Shown in pieces: positions 39,980-51,778 of a DNA stretch of 64,000 bases. The notes under the pieces are model-generated. The model did not search any database. It saw only the letters and a list, made by a program, of their open reading frames with translations, and was not told where the DNA came from. The DNA is taken from NCBI GenBank assembly GCA_050084515.1, contig CM114271.1, positions 40,796,001-40,860,000 on the forward strand, written 5' to 3'. Every line of letters begins with the position of its first letter. Positions within the stretch are counted from its first letter, which is position 1. This stretch comes from Blasia pusilla. Its lineage: Eukaryota. Both the position numbers and the translations under genes were made by a program.

Positions 39980-42900
39980 TCAAAGTGGTTTGTTTAAAAT
40001 ACTTCGCACTTCTTTAAGGGACAGAATTGGTTGGTGGATTCCTACTCCTACCTCCGACTCTCTTAAAACTACCAGCAACACATAGTACATGTGCTTACAA
40101 GGGAAATACCTTTTGCCACTTGTCTCTCTTTGGACAAAGTCATCACATGAACATGTGGGAAAGCAACAGATGTGCACCACATACATCCCTGTGACTCTTG
40201 AATTTACAGTGTTGTTCCTGACCCAATACATCCTTCCTATTCCATTGCCACTCAAGACATCTTTCGTGGCGATGATCTACATTTTTGCCTCTCGAGCTGA
40301 TGCAATTCGCTTTGCTCTCTCCATCGTTGGCCAACACATTCTGTTTCTCTTCACCCCATTTCTAGACTCAAACAGAAATAATGGATTGAGATCATCCACC
40401 TTCTCCGGGTACATGTTGACATCAATCTTGGGTTGAATACGAAATACGAAGGTCTCTGTAATGCGAACATGCTCCGAACTTCCCCCGTCTACGAGTCTGA
40501 AACCGGCACTTGTAAGATTGTCCACTTCGTCTTGAGTGTAGTTCGTACCTGCGGCGATGGGCCAAATCGTGGGGGTATTCCCCAGAGCTCCAATGGCAGC
40601 CGCATAAGACTTCCGGAAAGCGCAAGATTCATTTGGGCAGAAGAAGTACTTCAATTGATCCCCGGTCCTCGTGAAACGATCAAAGTTTTTGAGTCCCCAA
40701 AACCCAGGCAATGGTCGTCCAGTCCTTGTACAGTTCTTATTTAGGAAAGTGCCGCATGCTCTCCTAATGCCATCAGATCTTGCCCTGCAGGTGAGTCCGC
40801 GTCCTGGGTTACTCTGAGATATATGCCACCGTTTTAGGTTGCAATCCACCTCCATTACCGGAATCCCATATTGTTGAACCACCGTAGTGACAGGATGTTG
40901 CGAACTTCCAGAAACAGAGGGCTTTTGAAATAAAACATTCATTGATTTTGGAGAAGTTACTCCATCACGGATTTGGGATGGGTCCGGGGTCCCCGAATAC
41001 CTGGGCGGCGTAATTTCCTCATCCAAATCAATCACCGGATTCCTTCCTCGATGCTGCCTCTTCACCTGCCTGAAGTCAAGATACTTATCTGATCTCCAAG
41101 TCTCACGGGATCGCTCTACCACCATCTCAGATGGGGACGTCTTGAAACCTGCCCACGAATATCCCCACCAATGTTTACGTCTTGCTCGAGGGGAGTTCCA
41201 GCTACGCACCGGTTGAAGGCTTCCACATACATTTTTCATCACCAGATCTCACAGCCGCCCTGACATAGAGCTCGTAGATCGACGGCCCCCTTCCTTTTGT
41301 TATGCCTTTTGTGAGGAAGATATGGGATGCTGCAGACTGTAGCATTGCTCTTGCCTAGTCTTGTTGGCATGCCTCCACAAGTGAAATTCGTAGGCATGCT
41401 TGTGACGACCTCCACGAGGAATGAACACTTTCTGCTCCACTTGTGTTGGGACAGAGGGCATTTTCATGAACGTTCAATCCCTACAACGACGGCAATGTTA
41501 GAAGGGAACAAAAATAACTCAGCAGTCAAAGACATAAGCTACCTGTCGGAACCCAGACGGGTTGCAAGGCCGAGGCATCCCATGAACGACTCTACGACCC
41601 GTCGGGTCCCGACGCGTTGTAACCTTAAACCCACCTACTGCAACCCGTCGGAACCAGACGGGTTGCAAGGCCGAGGCATCCCATGAATGACTCTGCGATC
41701 CGTCGGGTCCCGACGGGTTGCACACTCGGGTTGCACCAAAAATTTGGATGCAACCCGTCGGTTTCCGTCGGGTTGCACACTCGGGCAACCCGTCGCATCC
41801 GACAGCTTGCTTGGTTTTTTCGATTTGAAATCCCTATAGTTCCCACGCTTCTCACCCTGAGCTACAACTTTACAAACAATTCTCAGCGTGAGCTTGACAA
41901 GACAAAATAGTGAACTCACCTACCGCATGAAGTTTCCCCATTGTCTCATACGTACAGTCCACCAACTCAACCAAGAGCACAACTCTTTGTACTTCCCCTC
42001 AATAGTTCTTCCTGGCATTCCATGGCCTGCTTCAAGGTTTTGTTGTCCTTGCAGCGTTGGAGTAGAGTGGCATGCTCTGTCCTCTTATTCTCCTTGATGC
42101 AAGATTTGGTGTACCGTGTCATAGACTGTTGCCAGTGGAAAGCATCCGACCTTTCCCTCTCCGGTTGAATCTCTCCACCCCATAACACTTCCCGGATAGC
42201 AATCCACCCAGGTTGTGCATTGTCTGCCATGAACACATAAATTTCCGGAGGTGGCCTTTTGTTTTCCTTCACCACCTCCAATAAGAGTAACCAGCACATC
42301 TTCAAACTGCCAACGTCTTCTGCCTTTACTTCACAGACAAATATAGTTTTGAGTCCCTTCTCCACATGGTCATAAACGTGAGCACCCATCGTCAACCATC
42401 CATTTAGCACTCTGGAGCAAATATCAAAGCTTACCCAGCTGCCATAAAGATCTTCCCCTTCCCTCATTCGATCTATAAGATCGAGGCCACTCGACGGACA
42501 TGTGGTTGACATTTTGAAGACATAGGCCCTGGATCCCTCGCCTCCTTGGCCCATGAACTGCCATCTCTGAATGAATGGAAATCTAGAGTTGGCCTTGATT
42601 CTGGCGATGGCATCCATTTCGGCCATCTTTCCATCCAGAACTCGTATTTGACGTAGCAAATTCCAGAAGCATTCAGGATGAGCGAGAAATGCGAGATTTT
42701 CCCATAGTTGTTTCTCCTCAGCCGCCGTGATCTCACCCTGTCCAGGGATTCCAAACAATTGTTCACAAATTTGTGATGTCGTTGTGAGCTTGATCACTCC
42801 GGGCTTTGAACCCGAAGAGTTTCTGTAGACCTTGTCAACTTTCTTCGCCACATCCTCCTTGATGTGTCTCTGAATTGCATCGCTCACAGGATGAGTGTGG

Positions 42901-43910
42901 GAGCCAACATGAACTTCCAGCCTTGTGTACTCTGACGTGGAGCCCAAGTCGTGGACAATGAAAAATATGTATGCAGGACACGCTCCAACGCAGAAGGGCG
43001 ATGCCTGACAATGAGGACATCGATGGCCTCCCGGCGGTATGGTGGCACCGACCTCGTATGGAGTTTCTGCATTCTTGGGGGGGAATTGCGACGTATTGAC
43101 TCGCCCGTTGCGCTCTAGATACGGGCATGCTGGACTTCTACACTCCAAGGCTCCCACGCATTGGCGGCGGGAGACAATCCAAGGACCATCTGGAATTGAA
43201 GCACTAGTCCGTTGAAGCCTGCACCATCGATGACAATCGACTTTTCGCCCATACCCTTTCAGCGCCCTCCATCTTTCTTTTGAGCAGGAGCAGCAAGTGG
43301 AGGCAACTCAAAAATGGAATTACCATCGTACGTGGGCGGCAACTCGTCATCAAGAATGTGCTTGAACATTTTCAAGGCCAGAGACAAAAGCAAACTATTT
43401 TGCCTGATACTCGCAAGAGGAACGAGTAGGCGGACAGAGGGCCCGGTTGGTGTCTGACAGATCCACTGAGGTTGATAACATCCGGAATCTCTTCAGGAAG
43501 AACAACATTGATACGAGCGTGTGAAGTTGGAGTGGAAGCCGGATCTGCAGAGCTTGGAGTTGCAAACGTAGAGCTCGGAGCACTAGGAAATTCTAGACCG
43601 TCTACTTGGGAAACAGACGAATTGGGCAAAAGGGGCCCGTAAACTCAGATTGACCATTTGCTAGAGGTAGGAGATTCCATACTTTACGGTCTGAGGTCAC
43701 TGGTTGGACGGTCTCACCTATTATGTCTTCCGTACCGTCCACCCTAACATCTTTGGATACAAAGATGGTTCCAATTTGGAGAAGAAATCGAACAGAGAGA
43801 AAATTTTCATCCACTGCTATGAAAGACTCTCGAGCTTGCGGTCGAATGATTTCTGATTGAGGAAGGGCCGCCAGATGACTGCCACAAGTGAGCTTAACAT
43901 AATTATCCAT
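39980..43910 (-). pseudogene. Mutator-like (MULE) DDE transposase with an N-terminal GCM-like Zn domain and a C-terminal SWIM finger; one intron (~41918-41482); several frameshifts and stops
   Basis: CVGALECRSPACPY...CPHC...C...HVGSHTH. Catalytic WVSFD, FMADNAQ...AFHWQQS, WLSWWTVR, PNTSGAESVHSSW. SWIM CSCDDF...CKHMYYV. Confidence 0.8.
41500..41810. repeat. Palindrome cluster in the transposase intron
   Basis: Multiple GCAACCCGTCGG-n-(T/C)CGACGGGTTGC variants, including a ~110-bp internal duplication. Confidence 0.85.
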
Positions 43911-43991
43911 TCCCAAAAATTTCGTACGGGAGGAGGGTGAGAATGAGAAAAAGAATGAGAATGAGAATGAGAATGAGAATGAGAATTTTTA

Positions 43992-43998
43992 ATTTATA
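43992..43998 (-). promoter_or_regulatory. TATA box of the transposase gene
   Basis: TATAAAT on the minus strand, followed by (TCTCAT)n and the ATG at 43910. Confidence 0.55.
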
Positions 43999-44204
43999 GT
44001 GAATAGGAAAACAGATACTTCTGACAGATTTTTACTGACAAGATGAATTCGGTAGGTGACATTGTCTGACACAATGGATCCAATTCTGTTGCAATGTGTT
44101 ATCGGATTTGGGAAGCAGAGACGTGGGTTGCGAAGCACACTTCATTTTGTTGGATCCTGTCGGAGTCCTGGTAACTCAACAATTAACCCAAGCTAAGCGA
44201 AGCC

Positions 44205-44767
44205 TACAACCCGTCGGCTTCGGACGGGTTGCACGCTTCTGCCTTCCCTTCAAACGCAAACATGGTCGAAGCTGGCAACCCGTCGCTCTCCGACGAGTTG
44301 CTCGGATATAGCTCCTTCTTGCCCGAAGATGCCGGAGGCGTGCAAACCGTCTGTTCCCGACGAGTTCCACGGGTGCCGCACCTATTTGCCCAAAGATGGC
44401 AAGGCGTGCAACCCATTGCCCTCCGACGGGTTGCGCAAGGGCCTCGCCTTGTGGTGCTTACATGAAGGAAGCGTGCAACTTGTCGGACTCCGACGAGTTG
44501 CGCGGGAAGCCCGCGTTGTTAACCCTTGACGAGGGAAGCGTGCAACCTAGCGGTCTCCGACGGATTGGGCGGGTACGTCCCGTTCTTGTCCAAAGACAGC
44601 GGAGGCGCGCAACATGTTGGTCTCCGACGGGTTGCGTGGGTACCTCGCGTTCTTGTCCAAAGACGGCGGAGGCGCTCAACCCGTCGGTCTCCGACGGATC
44701 GTTCGCGCACGTGGCGACGTACCCAGGACGGCGGAGGCGCGCAACCTCTCGGACTCCGATGGGTTGC
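44205..44767. repeat. Array of nine 27-bp palindromes at ~67-bp period in the divergent promoter
   Basis: Copies start near 44208, 44275, 44342, 44408, 44475, 44542, 44609, 44677 and 44741. Confidence 0.9.
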
Positions 44768-44857
44768 CATTTTTTCACGTCCGGACTTCCGTAACCTCCG
44801 GCACGTCGCCGTCGAAAGGACGACCGGACCCAAGGGTCAGCCCAACGGCTAGAAAAG

Positions 44858-44865
44858 TATAAATA
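44858..44865 (+). promoter_or_regulatory. TATA box of the ParB-MTase gene
   Basis: TATAAATA followed ~20-60 nt later by a CT-rich/TCA initiator-like region; ATG at 45125. Confidence 0.6.
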
Positions 44866-46224
44866 GGGCAGAAATTGCTCATTTCCGGTTTCTCATTTTG
44901 CGATCTCCATTCCTCTCTCTCCCGCGCAGCAGCTGATCAGATACCAAGGGGCGTTTCACACGGCGAGTCATCGCGAGTCGATACAAGGGAACGAGAGTGA
45001 GACGGTTCGACTGAACGATCACGAGACGATTCAAGCTACCCATCAAGGCGACTCATCTTGACATCAGCAAGGCGACTGATCAAGCGATTCATCGTGGACA
45101 TAGGTGGAGGCATTTCCGAAAAAAATGACGAGGAAAAAATCACAAGCAAACAAGTTTGGGAGCTTCACTCCGAAGTCCATTTGTACTCCTGCGTCAGCAT
45201 CTCCAGGGCCTCGTTCGGCAAATGAAATTAGGCAGCAAGAAATCAAGGAGCGGGAAAGCGAAGCGGAGATGCACAACCAGGAGCTTCTTGCGAGACGTGT
45301 TCAAGAGGCGCTTGATAGACAGAACGCAGAGGCTGAGACGTCGCAGGCCTTGAAGAAAAGGATCGCCGACGAAAAGAGAGAAAAGAAGCGTCTGGACGCG
45401 TCGGTGAGGAGAGCAGAATTGGCTAAAGCGATGAGGGAAAAAGCGATAGCCATTGATGACAGCCCTGCTTGTCCAACCGAAAGTGTTGAGATGCGGGAAA
45501 TGTCCCCGATGAAGTCCGGGGACACAATCAACATAGCGGAAACGCCAGAAGTTCAAATCACGGACGATGAGGTCATGAGGACCGCTAGCGTGGAGATGGT
45601 GGACATTGCCGAAGAAGCCGGAGAGCGGTCATTCTCGTCTCCAAGCACGGCAGAAGACATCAACCTCTATCGTATCGACGAGTTCCTAGTCGATTTTCCA
45701 GCTTTTGTCTCAGACAAGTTGGCTGGTCAAGAAACCGACCCAATTTTTGAGCGGGTAAGAGAGGATCTGGAATTTTTGAATTATGTGAATTGCAATTCAT
45801 TGGGAATTCAATGTAGCTTATTGATCAGTCCGACGAGGACATTGCAAAGCTTAAACAATCGGCAGAAACAGCATCCTACGTCGATAGTTTTCCTCCCTTA
45901 TATGTTCAGCCTTACGACGAGCATGGAACCCAAGCCCTGGTTACGGAGGAGGACTTGGAAAAGCTCCACACATTCTGGAGGATGAGAGACCACGATTTTA
46001 GAAGGCAAGCAGAGGGCACGGAATTCAGCTGGATGAGGAATCTGTATTTCTTCATCAGGGATGGAAATCACAGGTTCATGGCGTGGACCAAGTTTGCAGA
46101 GGAGCAGCCCAACTCCTTGGAGCCACATTTTTGCGTGAAGGCAGTGGTCCTTCATCCATTCCCTCATCACATGGCGACGGTGGAGATGGCAATGCATGCC
46201 ATGAACACGTGAGTATCTTCTTGC

Positions 46225-46980
46225 TGCAAACCGTCGGACTCCGACAAGTTGTTTGGGTCGGTAGTGTTGTTGGGATGCTTTTGGCCAAACGCAACTCGTC
46301 GGACTCCGACAAGTCGCTCGATTGATGAATGGCTTACGTTTTTTTTTGCCGAAAGCAACTCGTCGGACTCCGAGTTGCTCGACTCGACGCTTTTTCAGGA
46401 TGTTTCTTGAAGAATGCAACTCGTCGGACTCTGACGAGTTGTTCGACTGACCACAGGTTTAATACGTTTTTGACCCAAAGCAACCCGTCGGAGTCCGACG
46501 GGTTGCTCGACTCGCCGCCTTTTCAGGATGTTTTTTGAAGAAAGCAACTCGTCGGACTCCGACTAGTTGTTCGACTGACCGCAAGTTCAGTATGTTTTTT
46601 GCCCAAAGCAACCTGTCGGAGTCCGACGGGTTGCTTGACTCGAAATTGTTTTTGGCCGAAATCAACTCGTCCGAGTCCGACAGGTTGCATTCGGAAGTTG
46701 GTTTAGCAAATTTCGCGTCAAATTGCAAGTTTCCATTCAATTGCGCAACCTGTCGGACTTTGACGGGTTGCTATGTTCACGTTAGTATGTTCAATTCCAC
46801 AACCCGTCGGAGTCCGACGGGTTGAAACCAAGAATTAGCAAATCTGAATGCAATCCGTCGGACTCCGACGGGTTGCATCATTTAGCTCGTTGCTAGAATC
46901 CGACTTTGAGCTGTGACGACCCGTCGGAGTTCAACGGGTTGCAGGAACCCATGTAACTTACAAATTTTCTGACGGGTTGA
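46225..46980. repeat. Palindrome array (~12 copies, ~64-bp period at the 5' end) in intron 1
   Basis: Perfect copy GCAACCCGTCGGAGTCCGACGGGTTGC at 46480-46506. Spacers alternate A/B. Confidence 0.9.
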
Positions 46981-49099
46981 GTTTGGATGTGCAGGATTGT
47001 ATCGGAGGGTAATGTCACCCACCACTGGATCCAAGATTGCGATCGGGTGAAGAAGGTGCTTACGATGCACCCGGGAGAGTACAAGGGGTTCTTGGGCGAC
47101 GCCCTGGTAAATCAGATGCTTGCAAAGGGTGCTCAGATAAAAAAGAAAACTTGGGCAAATAAGTTTATTTCCCAAGATGCAGCCGTAACCATCCTTTGCT
47201 GGTCGAAGATACAGGCCGCGAAGAAGAGCGCTGCATTGGAGCTTGAGCGGAGGGAGAAAGTATCTAGGTCTGAGCACGCGAAATTCATCCAAGCTGCAGT
47301 ATTTGCAGCCACAAAATACACGGCGAGCAAGATGCAGCGATACATCAGCATTCTCAACCTCGAACTTGGTCCAGAGTTTTACAAGGAGCTGAAGGCGATT
47401 ATCAAGCGCCAGCGGAAAAGGGATGAAGATCCGCAAGGTCGGATTGGGGAGAAAGTGTCCTCGGATCACGTGCATCGGTTTGCGGTGTCTGGCATAAGAG
47501 AGTTTAGGAGGATCCGACTGATAAAAATCAGTCTCGAGGGCAGAGAGGCCCAGAAGAGGGCGGCACACCATCCTCCGGGTGTGTCCGATCCAATGATCTC
47601 CCACTGGCTACGCGAATGGTCGTTCTGGGACGCGTTGCTATGGTTATCGGAAGTCCGTCGGACGGTCTGCAAGCAGAGCTCAAAAGATTAGAGCCCATTC
47701 CGGATGAAGCAAACCTGGAAAGTTCTGTAGATTTCGAGGTTTGGCTCGAGGACATCCAGGACAAGCCAATAAAAAACCCAGGATTCAAGACAATGTTCAA
47801 GGTTTGCGTCCTACCTCAAGCAGAGCTTGACGAAGAAATCGAGGGGAACAAACGGGATCAAGCAAAGAAGAAGCGAGATCTACAGGAGCAGACGGCCGAT
47901 TCAGTTCGAGTAAAAGTTGCCCAACGGATGGTCTTCAGGTACCTCGTCCAATGTAAGAATGCAGGTTCCTGGGGAAAATTATCGGCAGCCTTGAAATTGT
48001 GGGCTTCGCCGCCTGATGGAGAGACATTCTCCATGTACGACATGGAGATGGGGCAGCACATGTCTGATTGGGAGGTGGAGAATTGCCCCATTTGGCTTGA
48101 CTTCAACGATCCTGAAGACATCACCGATAAGGATTTACGAGTGCTTCATGATGCAGTGGCCTCAGGACAAGACGACATCCCCAATTTTGTGCAGCCTGAA
48201 GACTTCTTCGGAGGAGGAGATGCGGAAGAGCAAGCCCACGAGACAGCTAAGTTGGCTTCCAAGGTCCGCACAGCCAAAGAAAAATCCACAGCGGGTCTCA
48301 AAGGCAAGGCGAGGGGAGGGAAAAATTCCAAGGCCGAGTCTTCCCAAAGAGAGGCTGAAGATTCAAGGCCAGAGGCGGAATCGTTCGGGCGAGCGGAGAG
48401 AGAGGGTCGGACCAGGTCCTCGGCGAAAAAAAACCCCACCAGAGTCTGAGGTCATAGAGACCCCGACAAGCCGTCCGCAGACTCGGGAGAAGCGGAAGCG
48501 AGAGGTGCCAGGGTTGTCACAAGGAGAATACAGTCCATCATCCTTGGGAAGACATAGACAAACAACGACCCGGACAAGCGTCCTCCTTCAGTTCACTCCT
48601 TTACTGGATGAGCTGAAAAGCTTCAGTTCTCAAGCGTCGACACCAGCCATTGATAAATTGACAACGCTGGGACGGAAGCTCCAACGAAATGGGCACGCTG
48701 CCTGGACGGTGATCTCTTGATCGCTGATCTGCCCTCGAGGTTGCGACTATGGGGCGAGAATCGTCGGACGGGGTACCTGAGTGGAATGTGCCGCTCTCTT
48801 ATGACCAAATCGCGCTATTGTTCTCCTTTGCAGACGCATATCTAAGTGATAGGGGCTGCTTCTTGGTGTTGACTGGAGGGAGCGAGGACGAGCTCTTCAA
48901 CCTCCAGTACGTCAAGAGGTCGCTAAAGTGGAGGACGACGCAATTGTGGATCATAAAAAATGAGTACCCACTCCGATCCGCGACGAGTCAGATTCGGGTA
49001 AGGCTCAATTCCTGTAGTATAAGATCAAATATATTTTCAAATTTGGGTAAGGCTCAATGAGTGTTAATTTCAAATAGTATATCTCCGTTGTTTTTTTCC

Positions 49100-49330
49100 G
49101 TAAGCAACCCGTCGGAAGGCGACGGGTTGCTGGCTTAGAGCAGCCCATGCTCAGGGAACCCGACGGGTTGCAGTTGCTTCTGGTTTTTCCCTGTGTTTCC
49201 GGAAAGCTGCAACCCGTCGGAAAGCGACGGGTTGCTCACGCGATGGGTTGCTGCTCTAGGCCAGCAACCCATCGCCTTCCGACGGGTTGCTCACGGACAA
49301 AACAACCCGTCGGACTCTGACAGGTTGATC
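49100..49330. repeat. Palindrome cluster in intron 2 (counterpart at ~37130-37460 in the left arm)
   Basis: GCAACCCGTCGGAAGGCGACGGGTTGC and variants. Confidence 0.85.
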
Positions 49331-51778
49331 CAAAGTTAGTAATTGAAAAAGTTCTCTAGGGTCAAACCGACTTCTTTGGTGACGTGTTGCACATTATGCC
49401 AAGTTGCTGACATTGTTTCCAACGTGCTTCTTTACAGATGGACCACTCCTACGAATACTGCTTCGTTCGGCCCGAGCACAATTTCCAGGTGTTCAAGATC
49501 CAGAATCCTGTGGATCCATGCTTAGATGGGTACAGCTTAGATAGTTTGTACAATTCCCCCCCGGGAATTTACATGCAAGATAGTACCCCACTTCTGGGAG
49601 GAAGGGAAAAATCGCCAGCCCTCATGCAAACGCTCATCGAGCTCTGCTCAAGGCTGGGTGACTTGGTGTTCGACTTAGTGGGACTTTCAGGGGCAAGTAT
49701 CAAAGGCGCCTGGCAGAGTGGCAGGAACATTCTCTGCCTCGAGGGAAGGCATGAACTGTTTGACCTTTGCAAGGAGGCAAAGGCAGAATACGAAAGGCTC
49801 ATTGGGGCGTACAACTCTCCACCGAAGCCGAGAGCTCCGGTTCCAGACCCACCATTGGTAGTGACTCCATCGTCACTTCCAACGATTCCGAAAATCGAGA
49901 GGGCAAGGCCGAAAGTAATTTTGCAAGAGCTCTCGGACGATGACGAGTGAGTTCAAAGAACTCAAGGACCCAGCTTGACTGAAGCGTTTGAGTAGGGAGT
50001 TATTTGATGATGAGGCAAAAGATTTCATAGAATAGATCAAATGTACAGTTCCGAGCTTTTTTTGGATGATATAAAGGAGATGATTTTTTCGAACGATGGT
50101 GGTGCTTGTAAACATTTGCTGAACATTTTTTATGTCTTTTCGAATGTGATCGTCTATGTACTCCGCGGACTTCTATTTTGCAACCCGTCGGATTTCTCCA
50201 GCTTGCAACTTTTCACTTTTTGACGACAACACCTTTTTACCACTTCCAGACAACCTGTCGGATTCCGACATGTTTCCTGATCGGATTCGATCGGTTTCTC
50301 GATCGGACTCTTCCCTGTTGGTCCAACTTAAGAGGCGATCGGAGGGCTTCTTCCTTGGCACCTTCCCTCAACTCGTAAAGGCGGCGAGGCTTCTTTTCTT
50401 CTCTCGACGTGTTGGATTCCTACTACCTATGCGATTGCCATAATGGTATTACCAAGGACGGAGCACATATTGATCTTTGGATGGGTGTCACATTGCGGAG
50501 CGCACAAGGTATCTTTGCCGAGGAAGGCGGTGGGACTCAAATCAGGTTACATGGGACCGTTTTGGCGCACCTAGGGGGGGGGGCAAGGCTCTCGAATTCG
50601 CCAACATCTTTTATCCCCGTCTACAATCGGCCAGAGGAGCCACTTGTATCCCAGGACATTCCTTTTGTACTGTCACCGAGGAGAGTTAGCAGTAAATTTG
50701 TAGATGACGAGGCTGAAGAAATCATAGACTAGGTCAAATGTACATTTCCGAGGTTCCTTCGGAGGTAATAAAGGACGAGATTTTTTCAACCCATAATGGT
50801 GTTTGTAAAAGTTTGCTGGAATATTTTGTTGGACTTGTGGATTGTGTTCTTTTAGCTACTCAAAATTACAATTTTGCAACCCGTATGATTCTGACGGGTT
50901 GCAACTTTTTGCTTTTTGCCCACTGCAACTTTTTAACCATTTCCACGATTCCGATAGGTTGACTGCTTGAGTGATCGGACTCTTTCCCTGTGAGACTAAC
51001 TTCTGACGCATTGTGGCGGGCTTCTTAACTTTTGGCTTGTTCCCCTACATTTGTCAAACCAGTTGTAGGCTTCTTTTCTTGTCTAAGATGTGCAAGATTC
51101 CTACTACCTGTCGGATTGCCACCCAACCTGTTAGATTGTCGTGGGTGCAGGGTGGAAGAAAATCACTTCTAAAAATCTTTCCTTTCTTATGGTGAGCTTT
51201 CTTACGGGTTGGGAGGGGTGCAGCTTCTCGGTTTCTCAGCTTTAGGATCTGAATGAAGGGACATCAGTTCCTCTTTACTCCAGACAGCTAACAATCTTTT
51301 GGTTCAATTATCCTCTCGTGTGTTCACATTTCACAAAGTTGGTCTTGAGCATACACCATTCATAACCAACAGAAAGTTGGTTATGGGGCAATTCAGGGGA
51401 GGCCATGATGCAGGCAACAATCCCTGCAAAAAGAGAGGTCGGCATCCGGGTGGTCCTCCAACAAAAATACCCATGGGCACTGCTTTTTGTAGACCGAGAC
51501 AGGTAATGTTAAGAAACTTAGGCTCACATGGAGAGTGATGGAAAAATGTTTGTAGTGGTCTTATGATGTCTACTTTTTTTTCGCCCCCAGGAAAAAGGAG
51601 GTTTTTTTAGGGCCAAATGTGGACCACTACCTACTCTCTTCTAAAGATTTCCTGAATTTGAAAGCAAACAAAAATTTCAAATATATCATAAAGTTTTGAA
51701 GAGAGGAGACGAATTTGGCCCTTTTTTTTTAAGAGAGACTCTCCTCTCTTACTCTCTCCTAATAGAATATCAGCCCCC

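Larger units (their letters stand above)
45125..49950 (+). pseudogene. Spliced gene: coiled-coil N-terminus, ParB/Sulfiredoxin-like domain, helical region, beta-class N6A/N4C DNA methyltransferase-like domain; introns 46209-46994 and 48998-49437; several frameshifts
   Basis: YFFIRDGNHRFMAW (ParB/Srx motif). DLLIADLPS sits at the DPPY position (48711-48737) and precedes EKSPALMQTLIELCSRLGDLVFDLVGLSGAS...GRNILCLE (motif X-I-II region). Both GT-AG introns splice in frame. Confidence 0.78.
34576..51778. mobile_element. 17.2-kb Mutator-like / fold-back structure with ~5-5.8-kb inverted arms (34576-~39584 and ~45971-51778)
   Basis: Termini GGGGGCTGGTATT... and ...AATATCAGCCCCC. The arms are inversely colinear through non-coding and coding parts. 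A MULE transposase lies in the centre. No TSD seen. Confidence 0.8.

Noticed and set aside
44096-44862. Many overlapping short ORFs over the palindrome arrays (also 41519-41919, 46076-46825)
   Set aside because: By-products of GC-rich palindromic repeats; the translations are repetitive (NPSESDG/ATRRTPTG) with no domain signal.
44205-46980. CRISPR array interpretation of the palindrome-spacer arrays
   Set aside because: Spacers are related to one another (tandem or A/B duplication), repeats are degenerate, there are no cas genes, and the context is eukaryotic and intronic.
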